Assembly: GCA_002269645.1 (NCBI GenBank)
Contig: NIVC01002163.1
Location: forward strand, 62,001-126,000
Origin: Macrostomum lignano
Taxonomy: Eukaryota
Direction of reading: 5' to 3'
Length of the DNA stretch: 64,000 nucleotides
Shown here: one piece after another, positions 24,418 through 36,900 of the stretch
Position numbering within the stretch: position 1 is the stretch's first letter
Layout of the letters: each line of letters opens with the position of its first letter
Program-made: the position numbers and the translations under genes
Notes under the pieces: model-generated
What the model was told of the DNA's origin: nothing
The model's input: the letters and a program-made list of their open reading frames with translations, nothing else
Databases searched by the model: none

Positions 24418-25401
24418 ATGATGTCACAACTCGGATTAGGAACTTCTGAGCGAGTCAGAGCAGATCTATCTAATGATGACGATGACGCGGATCTCACCTG
24501 CAGCATCTGCGACTGCCTGTTTGAGGATCCACGGGTGACGCCCTGCGGCCACAGCTTCTGCTGCGCCTGCCTGACCGACTGGCGTCAGCAGCCCGGCGGT
24601 GACGCCTGCCCGCTCTGCCGAGGCCGCTGTCCTGCGGGACTGGAGCTGCCCAGAAATGTCTGCCTGGCTGGCTTGGTCGAGCGGCGTAGAGCGGCAATCT
24701 ACGCTTCTGGTGTTGCTTCTGAAGGCACGAATACTTCTGATGTTATTTCTATAGATACTTCTTCAGATTTTACTTCCGGTGTTGCTTCCGGAATTACTTC
24801 TGAAGTTGCTTCCGGTGTTGCCTCCGGTGCTGCTTCCGGTGTTGCAAATTCAAGCACAGGAAGTGATCCAGGCGCGCTTTCCACGGCATTGGCAAGTCCC
24901 GAGCGAAGTGACGCTGCCCGGCTGAATGCAGTTGAAGCAGTTCTAGTCGACCTGATCGCCGGATTGTCTGTCGCCGATGGTCAGCAGGATTGGCGTCGCA
25001 TACAACTTCCCGCATTGCTGAACGACCTGCTTCCGCCCCAAGCCGGACCGGTGCCGCGTCTGCAGACTGCGCCTCAGTTAGAGACTTCGCCAACCCAAGA
25101 GTCATCTACATCGCGGCAGCTGCCGCCGCAGCGACCTCCGCCACCGCGATTGCCCACTCCACCGCCTCGACCGCCGCCCCCGACACCAATCACTGCAGTG
25201 GCCACAGTTCGACGCTCAGCCAGCAGCGAGGACTACAGGCGGGCATCAAAACGGCGAGCTCCGCCGCCTCCGTCGTCAGCGCTGCAGTCGCCTCAGCTGC
25301 GGCATCCTCAGCAGCAACAAGCAGCAGCCGCAGACGGGAAGCTGGCGGCCAGACTGCGTCGATTGACGTTCAGTTTCCGGCGATTCGTCTTTAATTCCTA
25401 A
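24418..25401 (+). CDS. Single-coding-exon RING-HC (C3HC4) protein, probable E3 ubiquitin ligase, with Pro-rich C-terminus (327 aa)
   Basis: CSIC..FEDPRVTPCGHSFCCACL..CPLCR RING motif; acceptor ACAG| lies 3 nt upstream of the ATG. Confidence 0.85.
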   Translation: MMSQLGLGTSERVRADLSNDDDDADLTCSICDCLFEDPRVTPCGHSFCCACLTDWRQQPGGDACPLCRGRCPAGLELPRNVCLAGLVERRRAAIYASGVASEGTNTSDVISIDTSSDFTSGVASGITSEVASGVASGAASGVANSSTGSDPGALSTALASPERSDAARLNAVEAVLVDLIAGLSVADGQQDWRRIQLPALLNDLLPPQAGPVPRLQTAPQLETSPTQESSTSRQLPPQRPPPPRLPTPPPRPPPPTPITAVATVRRSASSEDYRRASKRRAPPPPSSALQSPQLRHPQQQQAAAADGKLAARLRRLTFSFRRFVFNS

Positions 25402-28048
25402 TGCAACAAATTCAATTGAAATAATCGTATGCCCTGCAAAACTAATTATAATATGCTGCATCTATAAAATCATAAAATAGCTTGTATCATAGCTTAATTT
25501 AGTTTTGATGGATTGTGTTTTGCTTGATCGTTTACAAATCACTACTGCACGTTCGTTCGTGAAAATTATGAAAGAAAATATATTTAATGAAATACTCAAT
25601 AAGTGCATTGTTTCTTTTATATATCTCCTTTTCACGGTTGGCTCTTCTCTGAGAGAATTCTCTAATTTTTACCTGTGTACCGCGCCTCTCTGCATGGCCT
25701 CAGTAGTGCGCACATATAATATGCATGCCGGTCCTTCTTTGCCACTCCGCCGCATCTGTTAATGTAATTTACAAGCCGCGATCGCGCTAGCTTTGGCTAT
25801 AAGCATCTTCTATCAGCTTTTCATTGATATTAATCTATTCATCAAATTACAGTTCTGATTAGATGTAGGTGTTTTTCTTGGAGGAAAGAGGGAAGAGAGG
25901 AGAGAAAAGGGGGCAGAGAATAGAATCTCGCCGTTCACTTGGCCTAGCCATGCGCAGTCCCTGCAGCTTGAGCAGCTATTCTCTAACGCGCCCTGTGAAG
26001 TCGTTTTCTGCCTCTCATGACTCGATCGCTTGACTGCGTGAAGGCTGACAACGTATTCTGTTTTCGTTGTTCTAGTCATGGTCCACTCAATCTCATAGCC
26101 TATAGCTGTAAACACATAGCTGCGTACGTCAGTCGCGCGTGCCTGCATGCCCAATTGGTTGAGCTGCGATAATTCTATCTTTGTGCATCAATCAATACAA
26201 ACTATGGCTTTTCAACGGCTTTATATAGGAAAATCTAAAAATTGATTTTGCTTAAATGTGAGAGGCCATGGTATACACTTACTGCTAAAAACGTAAATTA
26301 ATATAAGCGCGGTGCCGCTTTTTGTTCCCGAATGGAGGACTTCTTGCTATTCGGTTATTTGTCAAGAAGAACCCGTTTGGCTTCTTAATTTGTGCCCTGC
26401 ACAGTTATAGCAGTTATCTACTACCTACATGAAAGTTATTTCATCCACTAATTCCCCTATACTTAAAATTTAAAATGTCATGCTGTCCTGATATACACTA
26501 GAAATGAAATTAGATGTATGCATTTACTGTAAATGATTCTAATGCTTTTTCGTCGACAAAAGGAATCAAATTAATTGTTGATGCCTTAAAGGCATAATTG
26601 ATGATCGTTCAAATCGCCCCCCTGACATTGTATTATCAGCTGGCTGATGTCAAAGCCCTGAATTGATTATACTGACTGTTTTAACAAAAATATTAACAAT
26701 TGATATGGGCTCGAGCATTTAAAACTTTGATAACCGCATTTGATCAAAATTTCGCAGCTTATTTAAAAACTTTAGGTAATCGTTGTTTTTAATCTACTGC
26801 CGTCTGCCGTTTTCAATTTTACTGAATCTGATTTACATGCTAGGCGTACATTGTATAGCACTTGACTTGTGTACATTTAAAGACTGCCTGACCCTGACCT
26901 TACTATTTTCACTTTGACTTGCTTGGCTAAACTAAATATTTAACTTGGACCGTTGGTACTGCTTTGGTAGACGTGACTCTGACTCTATAAAGCAAATAAT
27001 AACTACGCTTACACCTTGCACAACTTGTAATAAAGTATGCTTGTAAGTAATGTTGCTAGCTAGCTAGTAGTAGCTACAGATTGTTTTAATAGCGGACGGG
27101 AAATATTGATAGTTTTTTTAATTTAATCGACAGCTGTTATCGATTTTTTCTGTGTAGTCATATCGGTGTTGGTCCAGTACTACTATACTAAACCAAACGA
27201 ATGTCTATGTAACCTAGGGGCCTAGTGCTTTTACCCTAGAAACCTGTATTCACTCATTCGCTGAATGACTGAATCCCTATAGGCCCTAGGCATTAAGCGG
27301 AACTTGAATTCTTATTTCTTATAGGCTTACCAACATTATATTCTCATTAGTAGGCCCTACACATTATATTAGTACATCACTCATCTGTGTACATATATGT
27401 ACAATTGCTCTTTTATAAATTAAGATTAGGCCTATAAAAGAGCCTCAGTAGGCCCAGCTAGGTTTATTTTTGGGCCATATGGGGTTTTTGCCCCTTGAAA
27501 AATTGGCAACTGGATTTTTGGCATCAGAGGCCAATCTGGCAACTTCATTTCCTTGTGCCATTTGCCACTTTCAGAAAATGATTTTGCAAGTGTAATAAAA
27601 GTGCTATATGAATCTAAGTTGTGGCAGATACTAGTTGCAAAAATTGACAATGTCAATAACAAGTCCTAGACAGTCTCATTCCCATAGTCATACAGTGCAT
27701 GCATATATGTTTAATGAGCCTTGGAAATATCTATCCTCAAGAATATGGCAAGTTGCCAATGGGCAACCAAAAATAGCCACTGGCAACTGGATTTTGAGCC
27801 CCAAGGGCCAGCTGGCAACTAGATTTCCAACCTTAAAAAACAGCTCTGTAGTATTTATAAAAGAGTATTTATAAAGAGCCTCCTTATTCTTATCTAATTA
27901 ATTTGTCAACTGATAGGCCCTAGGCCTAATATTGTTAAGAATGGGGGTGGATCTTTTTATTACTTTGTATTAATAAATAAGTAGTATTTTTATAAGTAGG
28001 CCTATACTTCAATACTTTTTTTCTATTGACTATTTATTAATAATATAT

Positions 28049-29717
28049 TGTGGCGGCCAGACTACACGACCAGCAGCACCAGTGCAGCCGCACTGGAAAC
28101 CCCCCCGCCAACCTCTGTCTAGCTGAGGTGGGGTGGTGGCGCACCGCGCTAGCCAGCTCGCTAAGCCAGGAGGGTTTGCATAGCCAATCACGCCACGCCA
28201 CATGTGCGCACCTCCTTAGACCCCTCTATAATCTCGCACTATTTGTAATATAAATATACGCGCAAAGCAGTGCAAAATCTTTGCTGCCATTCCATCTATT
28301 GAAACTAAAAGGCCTTCCGCCTCATTGGTGAGCCCGACTCCCAGCGCGGAACGCTAGGCCTACCTGGTCGGCCCTGTGTGGTCCTGGTAGCCAACCGCCT
28401 TGGCCGACTGCAATGGCAGCACCGCAGCACAGCAGCACCGCAGCACAGCAGCACCGCAGCACAGCAGCACCGCAGCCGTGGAGTGGCAGAAGGTCGCCAA
28501 GCAGGCGCCAATGGCAGCAGGTCGCCGAGCGGGCGCCAATGGCAGCAGGTCGCCGAGCGGGCGCCGATGGCAGCAGCTTGCCGAGCGGGCGCCGGGCGGG
28601 CGCCGAAGGCAGCAGCAGGGCGCCAGGCGGGCGCCGAAGGCAGCAGCAGGGCGCCAGGTGGGCGCCGAAGGCAGCAGCAGGGCGCCAGGCGGGCGCCGAA
28701 AGCAGCAGCAGGGCGCCAGGCGGGCGCCGAAGGCAGCTGCAGGGCGCCAGGCGGGCGCCGAAGGCAGCAGCAGGGCGCCAGGCGGGCGCTGAAGGCAGCA
28801 GGGCGCCGATGGCAGCAGCAGGGCGCCAGGCGGGCGCCGAAGGCAGCAGCAGGGCGCCAGGCGGGCGCCGAAGGCAGCAGGGCGTCGATGGCAGCAGCAG
28901 GGCGCCAGACGGGCGCAGAAGGCAGCAGCAGGGCGCCAGGCGGGCGCCGAAGGCAGCAGCAGGGTGCCAGGCGGGCGCCGAAGGCAGCAGGGGCGCGCGG
29001 CCGGACCACACCAGAGGCAATCGACAGTCAGTTGCCGCCGTGAGCCGGATCGATGCTCCTGCACAGAGGCTGGGGACGCTAGGCTAGCAGCAGCACCGCA
29101 GCCCAGCAGCACGAATCGGCCCAGTCAGCCCGCCCCCCGGTAGCTCCTGGGGTCTCGCTTTTCGGCCCCCACGTTGGACCAACCAGCGCCACACGCTGCA
29201 GCTACTTCTAGGTTAGCACCGCTGGCTGCTATCGGCGCCCGCCTGGCGCCCTGCTGCCTTCGGCACCCGCCTGGCGCCCTGCTGCCTTCGGCGCCCGCCT
29301 GGCGCCCTGCTGCCTTCGGCGCCCGCCTGGCGCCCTGCTGCTGCCTTCGGCGCCCGCCTCGCGCCCCTGCCGCCTTCGGCTCCCGCCTGGCGCCCTGCTG
29401 CTGCCTTCGGCGCCCGCCTCACGCCCCCGCCGCCTTTGGCGCCCGCTCCTTGGCACTCTCGCTGCCTCGGCTACCCCGACGTTTGTGGTCTAGCTCGGTG
29501 CTGGGGGGAGCTGTGTGGCGGCCAGACTACGCGACCGGCAGCACCAGTGCAGCCGCACTGGAACCCCCCCCCCCAGCCAATCACGCCACGCCACATGTGC
29601 ACACCTCCCTAGACCCCTCTATAATCTCGCACTGTTTGTATTATAAATATACGGGCAAAGCAGCACAAAATCTTTGCTGCCATTCCATCTATTGAAACTA
29701 AAAGGCCTTCCGCCTCA
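28049..29717 (+). mobile_element. Complete non-autonomous LTR retroelement (TRIM/LARD-like, probably Ty3/Gypsy-derived)
   Basis: LTRs 28049-28324 and 29514-29717, both TG...CA; ATAT target-site duplication on both flanks; PBS TGGTGAGCCCGAC just after the 5' LTR (resembles the tRNA-Trp 3' end complement); G-rich PPT (GGGGGGAG) before the 3' LTR; no gag/pol. Confidence 0.9.
28530..29435. repeat. GC-rich ~28-31 bp minisatellite present as two oppositely oriented arrays (~28530-28995 and ~29228-29435)
   Basis: GGCGCCAGGCGGGCGCCGAAGGCAGCAGCAG units on the left; reverse-complement units CTGCTGCCTTCGGCGCCCGCCTGGCGCC on the right. Confidence 0.92.
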
Positions 29718-29755
29718 ATATAATCATGCTTAGGCGCAATCTAGGGATTCGCCTA

Positions 29756-29867
29756 GCCATTTCTATTGGCAACACACATATGTAAGTTGCTATTGGATGG
29801 AATAGTAGTCACGTGATTGCTCTCAGCCAATAGTGACTTACATGTGTGTGTTGCCAATAGAAATGGC
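29756..29867. promoter_or_regulatory. Palindromic element with 41-bp arms carrying four CCAAT boxes around a CACGTG E-box; candidate SNX5/6 promoter or small foldback element
   Basis: Arms 29756-29796 and 29827-29867 are reverse complements with 3 mismatches; GTCACGTGAT at 29808-29817. Confidence 0.45.
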
Positions 29868-30989
29868 CGAGTGATTCCCAAGGTTGAGCATATATGTATA
29901 TAATAATAGTAAAACAATAGCTTTTTTCTAGCCATGCTCAAGGTTAAATATCCTATTGTTACCAAGGTCAGGTAGGCCTATGTTTTTGCAAAAGCATAAA
30001 TAAAGCAACTGAGTGCACTAGGCACTTAAACTTTGTAACTACAACTGGAAAGCCCAAGTCTTTGGCTATATACACTTATAGATACTTAATATAAATTATC
30101 TCAAAGATTATTACTATTGCAACATTAATTAAATATATTTTTTACATTTTCAATACTTTAAATAATAAGCCTATCTAAATATTTTTTCCTTTTTGGACAT
30201 TTTCTATTGTTTAATTATCTCATTGTCTTGCATTGGACATTGTTTAATTAGTCTTATGTAGGACCTGCAAAGAACCTACATTGGAGCTATATAAAAAGTT
30301 GCTCCAAAGAGCCAGCTGCTCCTATATATTTAGCAAGAACTGTACATAAGCAACAAAAACCCCCCAGATACTTTCATATATATACACAAAACAGAAGGGG
30401 GAAAGGAAGGAAGTAACAAGCAAGCAAGCAATGGGTGACACATTGCAACAATGAACATTCCTACCCCACTTCTCTTCAACCTCTCTTATAACAACAAAAC
30501 TACACTGTATATCATAAAAAGTAATTACTTTTTGAAATAGGAATTTTCCTGTATACATATTGCCTTCACAGCTTCAATAGTCTAGGTCTAGGTAGAGTGT
30601 CTAAGACTTAATATGTTTAAGATTTTTTATCCTAATCTTAAAATTGTCACAACAAAGTATTTACTTCAAGTTTGTTGTCATGATAATCAGATTGGGATCT
30701 AGATCCCTATCTAATATATAAACATGTATAAAATTTGGACACTAAGGAGAACTTTGGACACTTTTAGATGGTCCTCTTTTGGTCCTGGCCTTAATGTTTT
30801 GACATTTTTTTCACTGAAAGGAAAGTTATCTATTTTGCTAGTCAATTGTTTAGACTCTAAAATGTATAACTAAAAGCATTCCAACTATAAGCATCATATT
30901 TTAGCATTTTTCTGTTCCCATAGCGATTGGTAAAGTATACATGGATTGAATGCTAGTAAAAATTACAATCGATTTCCAAACCGCGCCAG

Positions 30990-33900
30990 GACGAGCTTGA
31001 GCAGCACCACGTGGACCTGTCCGACAGTCGCCAGGGTCGCACCGAGAGTGTCGACCTTGGCAATGGCAACGACTTGCGGGTCGAAATCTCCGACGCTCTC
31101 AGCGAAAAGGAGCGCGTGAAGTTCACCATCCGCACCGTGACCAGCCTGGTGCCGCGGTTCGCCCGGCCAGAGTTCTCCGTTATTCGAACACACGAAGAAT
31201 TCGCCTGGCTGGCCGACCGCCTGGCCGAGAATGTCGAATACGCCGGCTGCGTTATCCCGCCGGTGCCGCCGACGCCGGATTTTTCTTCGTCGAGAGAGAA
31301 ACTGGCCAGGCTGGGCGAGGGCGAGAGCTCCATGTCCAAGGAGGAGTATGACAAGATGAAGTCCGAGCTGGAGGCGTGAGTCGGGAGTTGGGGGTCACAT
31401 CAGTCTGGGGTTAGGGGGGTCATATCAGTCTGGAGTTAGGGGGTTCATATCAGTCTGGAGTTAGGGGGGTCACATCAGTCTGGGGTTAGGGGGGTCACAT
31501 CAGTCTAAGAGTGGGAAGTCACATCACTTTTAGAGTGGGGGTCACATTAGTCAAAAGTTAGGGGGTCACATTAGTCAAAAGTTAGGGGGTCACATAAGTC
31601 TGGGGTTAGGGGGTCACATAAGTCTGGGGTTAGGGGGTCACATCAGTCTAAGGTTAGGGGGGTCACATCAGTCTGGGGTTAGGGGGGTCACATCATTCTG
31701 GGGTTAGGGGGTCACATCAGTCTAAAGTTAGGGGGTCACATCAGTCTAAAGTTAGGGGGGTCACATCAGTCTGGGGTTAGGGGGTCACATCAGTCTTGAG
31801 TTAGGGGGGTCATATCAGTCTGGAGTTAGGTGGGGTCATATCAGTCTGGAGTTAGGGGGGTCATATCAGTCTGGAGTTAGGGGGGTCACATCAGTCTGGA
31901 GTTAGGGGGGTCACATCAGTCTAAGAGTGAGAAGTCACATCACTTTTAGAGTGGGGGTCACATTAGTCAAAAGTTGGGGAGTCACATCAGTCTGGGGTTA
32001 GGGGGGTCACATCATTCTGGGGTTAGGGGGGTCACATCAGTCTGGGGTTAGGGGGTTACATCAGTCTGGGGTTTGGGGTGTTAGGGGGTTACATCAGGTG
32101 GGGTCATATCAGTCTGGAGTTAGGGGGGTCATATCAGTCTGGAGTTAGGGGGGTCACATCAGTCTGGAGTTAGGGGGGTCACATCAGTCTAAGAGTGAGA
32201 AGTCACATCACTTTTAGAGTGGGGGTCACATTAGTCAAAAGTTGGGGAGTCACATCAGTCTGGGGTTAGGGGGGTCACATCATTCTGGGGTTAGGGGGGT
32301 CACATCAGTCTGGGGTTAGGGGGGTCACATCAGTCTGGGGTTAGGGGGGTCACATCAGTCTGGAGTTAGGGAAATCACATCAGTCTGGAGTTAGGGAAAT
32401 CACATCAGGCTGGAGTTAGGGAAATCACATCAGTCTGGAGTTAGGGAAATCACATCAGGCTGGAGTTAGGGAAATCACATTAGGCTGGAGTTAGGGAAAT
32501 CACATCAGTCTGGAGTTAGGGAAATCACATCAGTCTGGAGTTAGGGAAATCACATCAGTCTGGAGTTAAGGGGACTGGGGTCACATCAGTCTAAAATTTG
32601 GGGGGAGGGGTCACATCAATCTAAAATTTGGGGGGAGGGGTCACATAAGTCTAAGAGTGGGGGCTCACAACAGTCTAAAGTTGGGGGTCATCAGTCTAAG
32701 AGTGGGGGCTCACAACAGTCTAAAGTTGGGGGTCATCAGTCTAAGAGTGGGGGCTCACAACAGTCTAAAGTTGGGGGTCATCAGTCTAAGAGTGGGGGCT
32801 CACAACAGTCTAAAGTTGGGGGTCATCAGTCTAAGAGTGGGGGTCACATCAGTCTAAAGTTGGGGGTCATCAGTCTAAGAGTGGGGGCTCACAACAGTCT
32901 AAAGTTGGGGGTCATCAGTCTAAGAGTGGGGGCTCACAACTGTCTAAAGTTGGGGGTCATCAGTCTAAGAGTGGGGGTCACGTCAGTCTGGAGTAGTCAT
33001 AAATAAGACAGAAATATATTTTTGTGTGATTTCTATTCAGAACTCAAGTTTCAATATCCCAACCATGCCGTGTCTCCTAGCGAGTACCTGGCCACCTTCA
33101 AGAAAACGGTCGCCATGCACGAAGTCTTCCTGCGGCGCATCGCCGAGCACCCGAAATTGCGCGAGGACGACATTTTCAAGGTGTTTCTGGAGTTCGACAA
33201 GGATGTGAGCGGCTTGATAATTATGAGAATAGGACTTTGAGAATGGCTCTTCTAATGGCCATTCTACTCCTGAGAGAGTCGCCCTTCTACTCCTGAGAGA
33301 GTCGCCCTTCTACTCCTGAGAGAGTCGCCCTTCTACTCCTGAGAGAGTCGCCCTTCTACTCCCGTGAGAATCGCCCTTCTACTCCTGAGAGAATCGCCCT
33401 TCTACTTCTGAGAGAGTCGCCCTTCTACTCCCGTGAGAATCGCCGTTCTACTCATTAGAGAATCGCCCTTCTACTCCTGAGAGAGTCGCCCTTCTACTCC
33501 CGAGAGAATCGCCGTTCTACTCATTAGAGAATCGCCCTTCTACTCCTGAGAGAATCGCCCTTCTACTCCCGTGAGAATCGCCCTTCTACTCCCGTGAGAA
33601 TCGCCCTTCTACTCCTGAGAGAATCGCCCTTCTACTCCTGAGAGAGTCGCCCTTCTACTCCCGTGAGAATCGCCGTTCTACTCATTAGAGAATCGCCCTT
33701 CTACTCCTGAGAGAATCGCCCTTCTACTCCCGTGAGAATCGCCCTTCTACTCCTGAGAGAATCGCCCTTCTACTCCTGAGAGAGTCGCCCTTCTACTCCC
33801 GTGAGAATCGCCGTTCTACTCATTAGAGAATCGCCCTTCTACTCCTGAGAGAGTCGCCCTTCTACTCCCGAGAGAATCGCCCTTCTACTCCTGAGAGAAT

Positions 33901-36900
33901 CGCCCTTCTACTCCTGAGAGAATCGCCCTTCTACTCCTGAGAGAATCGCCCTTCTACTCCTGAGAGAATCGCCCTTCTACTCCTGAGAGAGTCGCCCTTC
34001 TACTCCTGAGAGAATCGCCCTTCTACTCCTGAGAGAGTTGCCCTTCTACTCCCGTGAGAATCGCCCTTCTACTCCTGAGAGAATCGCCCTTCTACTCCTG
34101 AGAGTCCCCCTTAGGTTAATGCCCGATTCTCCCTTCCCAACCCAGCTGAGCGTCCGGTCCAAGAACAAGCGCGAGATGGTGCAGGGCTTCCTCAAGACCG
34201 GCTGGAAAACTGTCGATGACGCAATTCTGTCAACTCAAAAAGAGAAAGACGAATTTTTCGAGGCTCAGAAACGCTTCATCACCGTGTTCTACGGGCATCT
34301 GAGGTCCGCTCTGTCCGAGGCTGACAGGATGAATCGGCATTATAAAGGTGCTCGGATTTTCCCATCTGGGTTGCTGGCATGTTTGATTTATTGATCTATT
34401 ACAATTTCGAATTGGCAACCTGTTTCAGCCACCGCGGACACCTACATTCGCGTGTCAGCCTGCGCCTCCGCCTGCACCAAGTTTGAACGGGACGATGGGC
34501 TGGCCGAGTGAGTTTAGCGCCCCGTGGCTAATCTCTGTTGTGGGCGATGACCGATTTATGGTTTGCGGGTGATGACCGATTTATGATTTGTGGGTGATGT
34601 CCGATTTATGAATTGCGGGTGATGACCGATTTATGATTTGAGGGTGATGACCGATTTATGAATTGTGGGTGATGACCGATTTATGATTCGAGGGTGATGA
34701 CCGATTTATGATTTGTGGGTAATAACCGGTTTATATAGTTTGAGAGTAATGACCGATTTCTGGATTGTGGGTGATGACCGATTTCTGGATTGTGGGTGCT
34801 GACCGATTTCTGGATTGTGGGTGATGACCGATTTCTGGATTGTGGGTGCTGACCGATTTCTGGATTGTGGGCGCTGACCGATTTCTGGATTGTAGGTGCT
34901 GACCGATTTCTGGATTGTGGGTGATGACCATTTTATGGATTGTGGGTGATGACCATTTTATGGATTGTGGGTGCTGGCCGATTTCTAGATTGTGGGTGAT
35001 GACCATTTTATGGATTGTGGGTGATGACCGGTTTCTAGATTGTGGGTGATGACCATTTTATGGATTGTGGGTGATGACCGATTTCTGTATTGTGGGTGCT
35101 GACCGATTTCTAGATTGTGGGTGATGACCATTTTATGGATTGTGGGTGATGACCATTTTATGGATTGTGGGTGATGACCGATTTCTAGATTGTGGGTGAT
35201 GACCATTTTATGGATTGTGGGTGATGACCGATTTCTGTATTGTGGGTGCTGATCGATTTCTAGATTGTGGGTGATGACCGATTTCTGTATTGTGGGTGCT
35301 GACCGATTTCTAGATTGTGGGTGATGACCATTTTATGGATTGTGGGTGATGACCATTTTATGGATTGTGGGTGATGACCATTTTATGGATTGTGGGTGAT
35401 GACCATTTTATGGATTGTGGGTGATGACCGGTTTCTAGATTGTGGGTGATGACCATTTTATGGATTGTGGGTGATGACCGATTTCTGTATTGTGGGTGCT
35501 GACCGATTTCTAGATTGTGGGTGATGACCATTTTATGGATTGTGGGTGATGACCATTTTATGGATTGTGGGTGATGACCATTTTATGGATTGTGGGTGAT
35601 GACCGATTTCTGGATTGTAGGTGCTGACCGATTTCTAGATTGTGGGTAATGACCATTTTATGGATTGTGGGTGATGACCATTTTATGGATTGTGAGTGAT
35701 GACCGATTTATGATTTGCAGGTGATGACCGATTTCTGGATTTGTGGGTGCTGACCAGTGTATGGTTTGCCGGTGATGGCTGCATGTGCATGGTCGTGGAT
35801 TGCGGGTGATGGCTGCATGTGCATGGTCGTGGATTGCGGGTGATGACGTTCATGGTTAGCCTGGTGCCCCTAGTCATTGTCCGTGCATAGTCAACCGCGA
35901 TCGCCTTCAAATGTCACAGAAACCAATTAAAATTCCAACGGTCCGCCCGCCCCCGAACCCGGCAGGTTTCTGAGCTCATTCGCAGAGTTCTGCGAACGGT
36001 ACCGCAAGCTGGAAGGCCGGACAGCCTCGGACAGCGACCTGAAGCTGGCGGACACTCTGCACTATTACGTATCCGACTGCAACAGCGCCAAGGACCTGCT
36101 GTACAGGCGGGCCAGAGCTCTGGCCGACTTTGAGTCCGCTAATAAAGAATTAGAAAAGGCCCGGGCTAAGGGCAAAGCGGTGCAGAAGGCCGAGGCTGAT
36201 CAGGAGGCGGCGTTTAACACGTTCAACACCATCTCTGAGGCGGCCAGGGCCGAGCTGATCAGCTTCAAGCAGCGCTGGGTGGCCTACCTGCACAAGAATC
36301 TCACGGAGCTGGCCGAACTGCAGATCAAGCACTCCAGGGTGAGCCGTTGTTGTTACTGTTAGCTGTGCTGTCTCATCTTTATGAGCTCGAATCTTTATCA
36401 GCTCGAAGCCTCGAATCTTCATGACTGTGAATCTTTATTGGCTCTAATATTTATGACTTCGAATCTTTATTGGCTCTAATATTTATGACTTCGAATCTTT
36501 ATGACTTCGAATCTTTATGACTTCGAATCTTTATGAGCTCGAATCTTTATGAACTCGAATCTTCATGAGCTCGAATCTTTATGACTTCGAATCTTTATGT
36601 GCTCGAATCTTTGTGACTTCGAATCTTTATGAGCTCGAATCTTTATGACTTCGAATCTTTATGAGCTCGAATCTTTATGAACTCGAATCTTCATGAATTC
36701 AAATCTTCATGAACTCGAATCCTTATAGCTCAAATATTCATGAAATTAAATCTTTATGAACTCGAATCTTCATGAGCTCGAATCTTTATGAGTTCGAATC
36801 TTCATGTGCTCGAATCTTTATGAGCTCGAATCTTTTTTGAGCTCAAAGGTTCGAAGGTTACCTAGGCAAGCAACTATTTGCATTTCAGGGCCAGGTGCAG

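Noticed and set aside
28305-29456. 200+ aa ORFs inside the LTR element as gag-like proteins
   Set aside because: Open in many frames on both strands because of GC-rich repeats; no CCHC, protease or RT motifs
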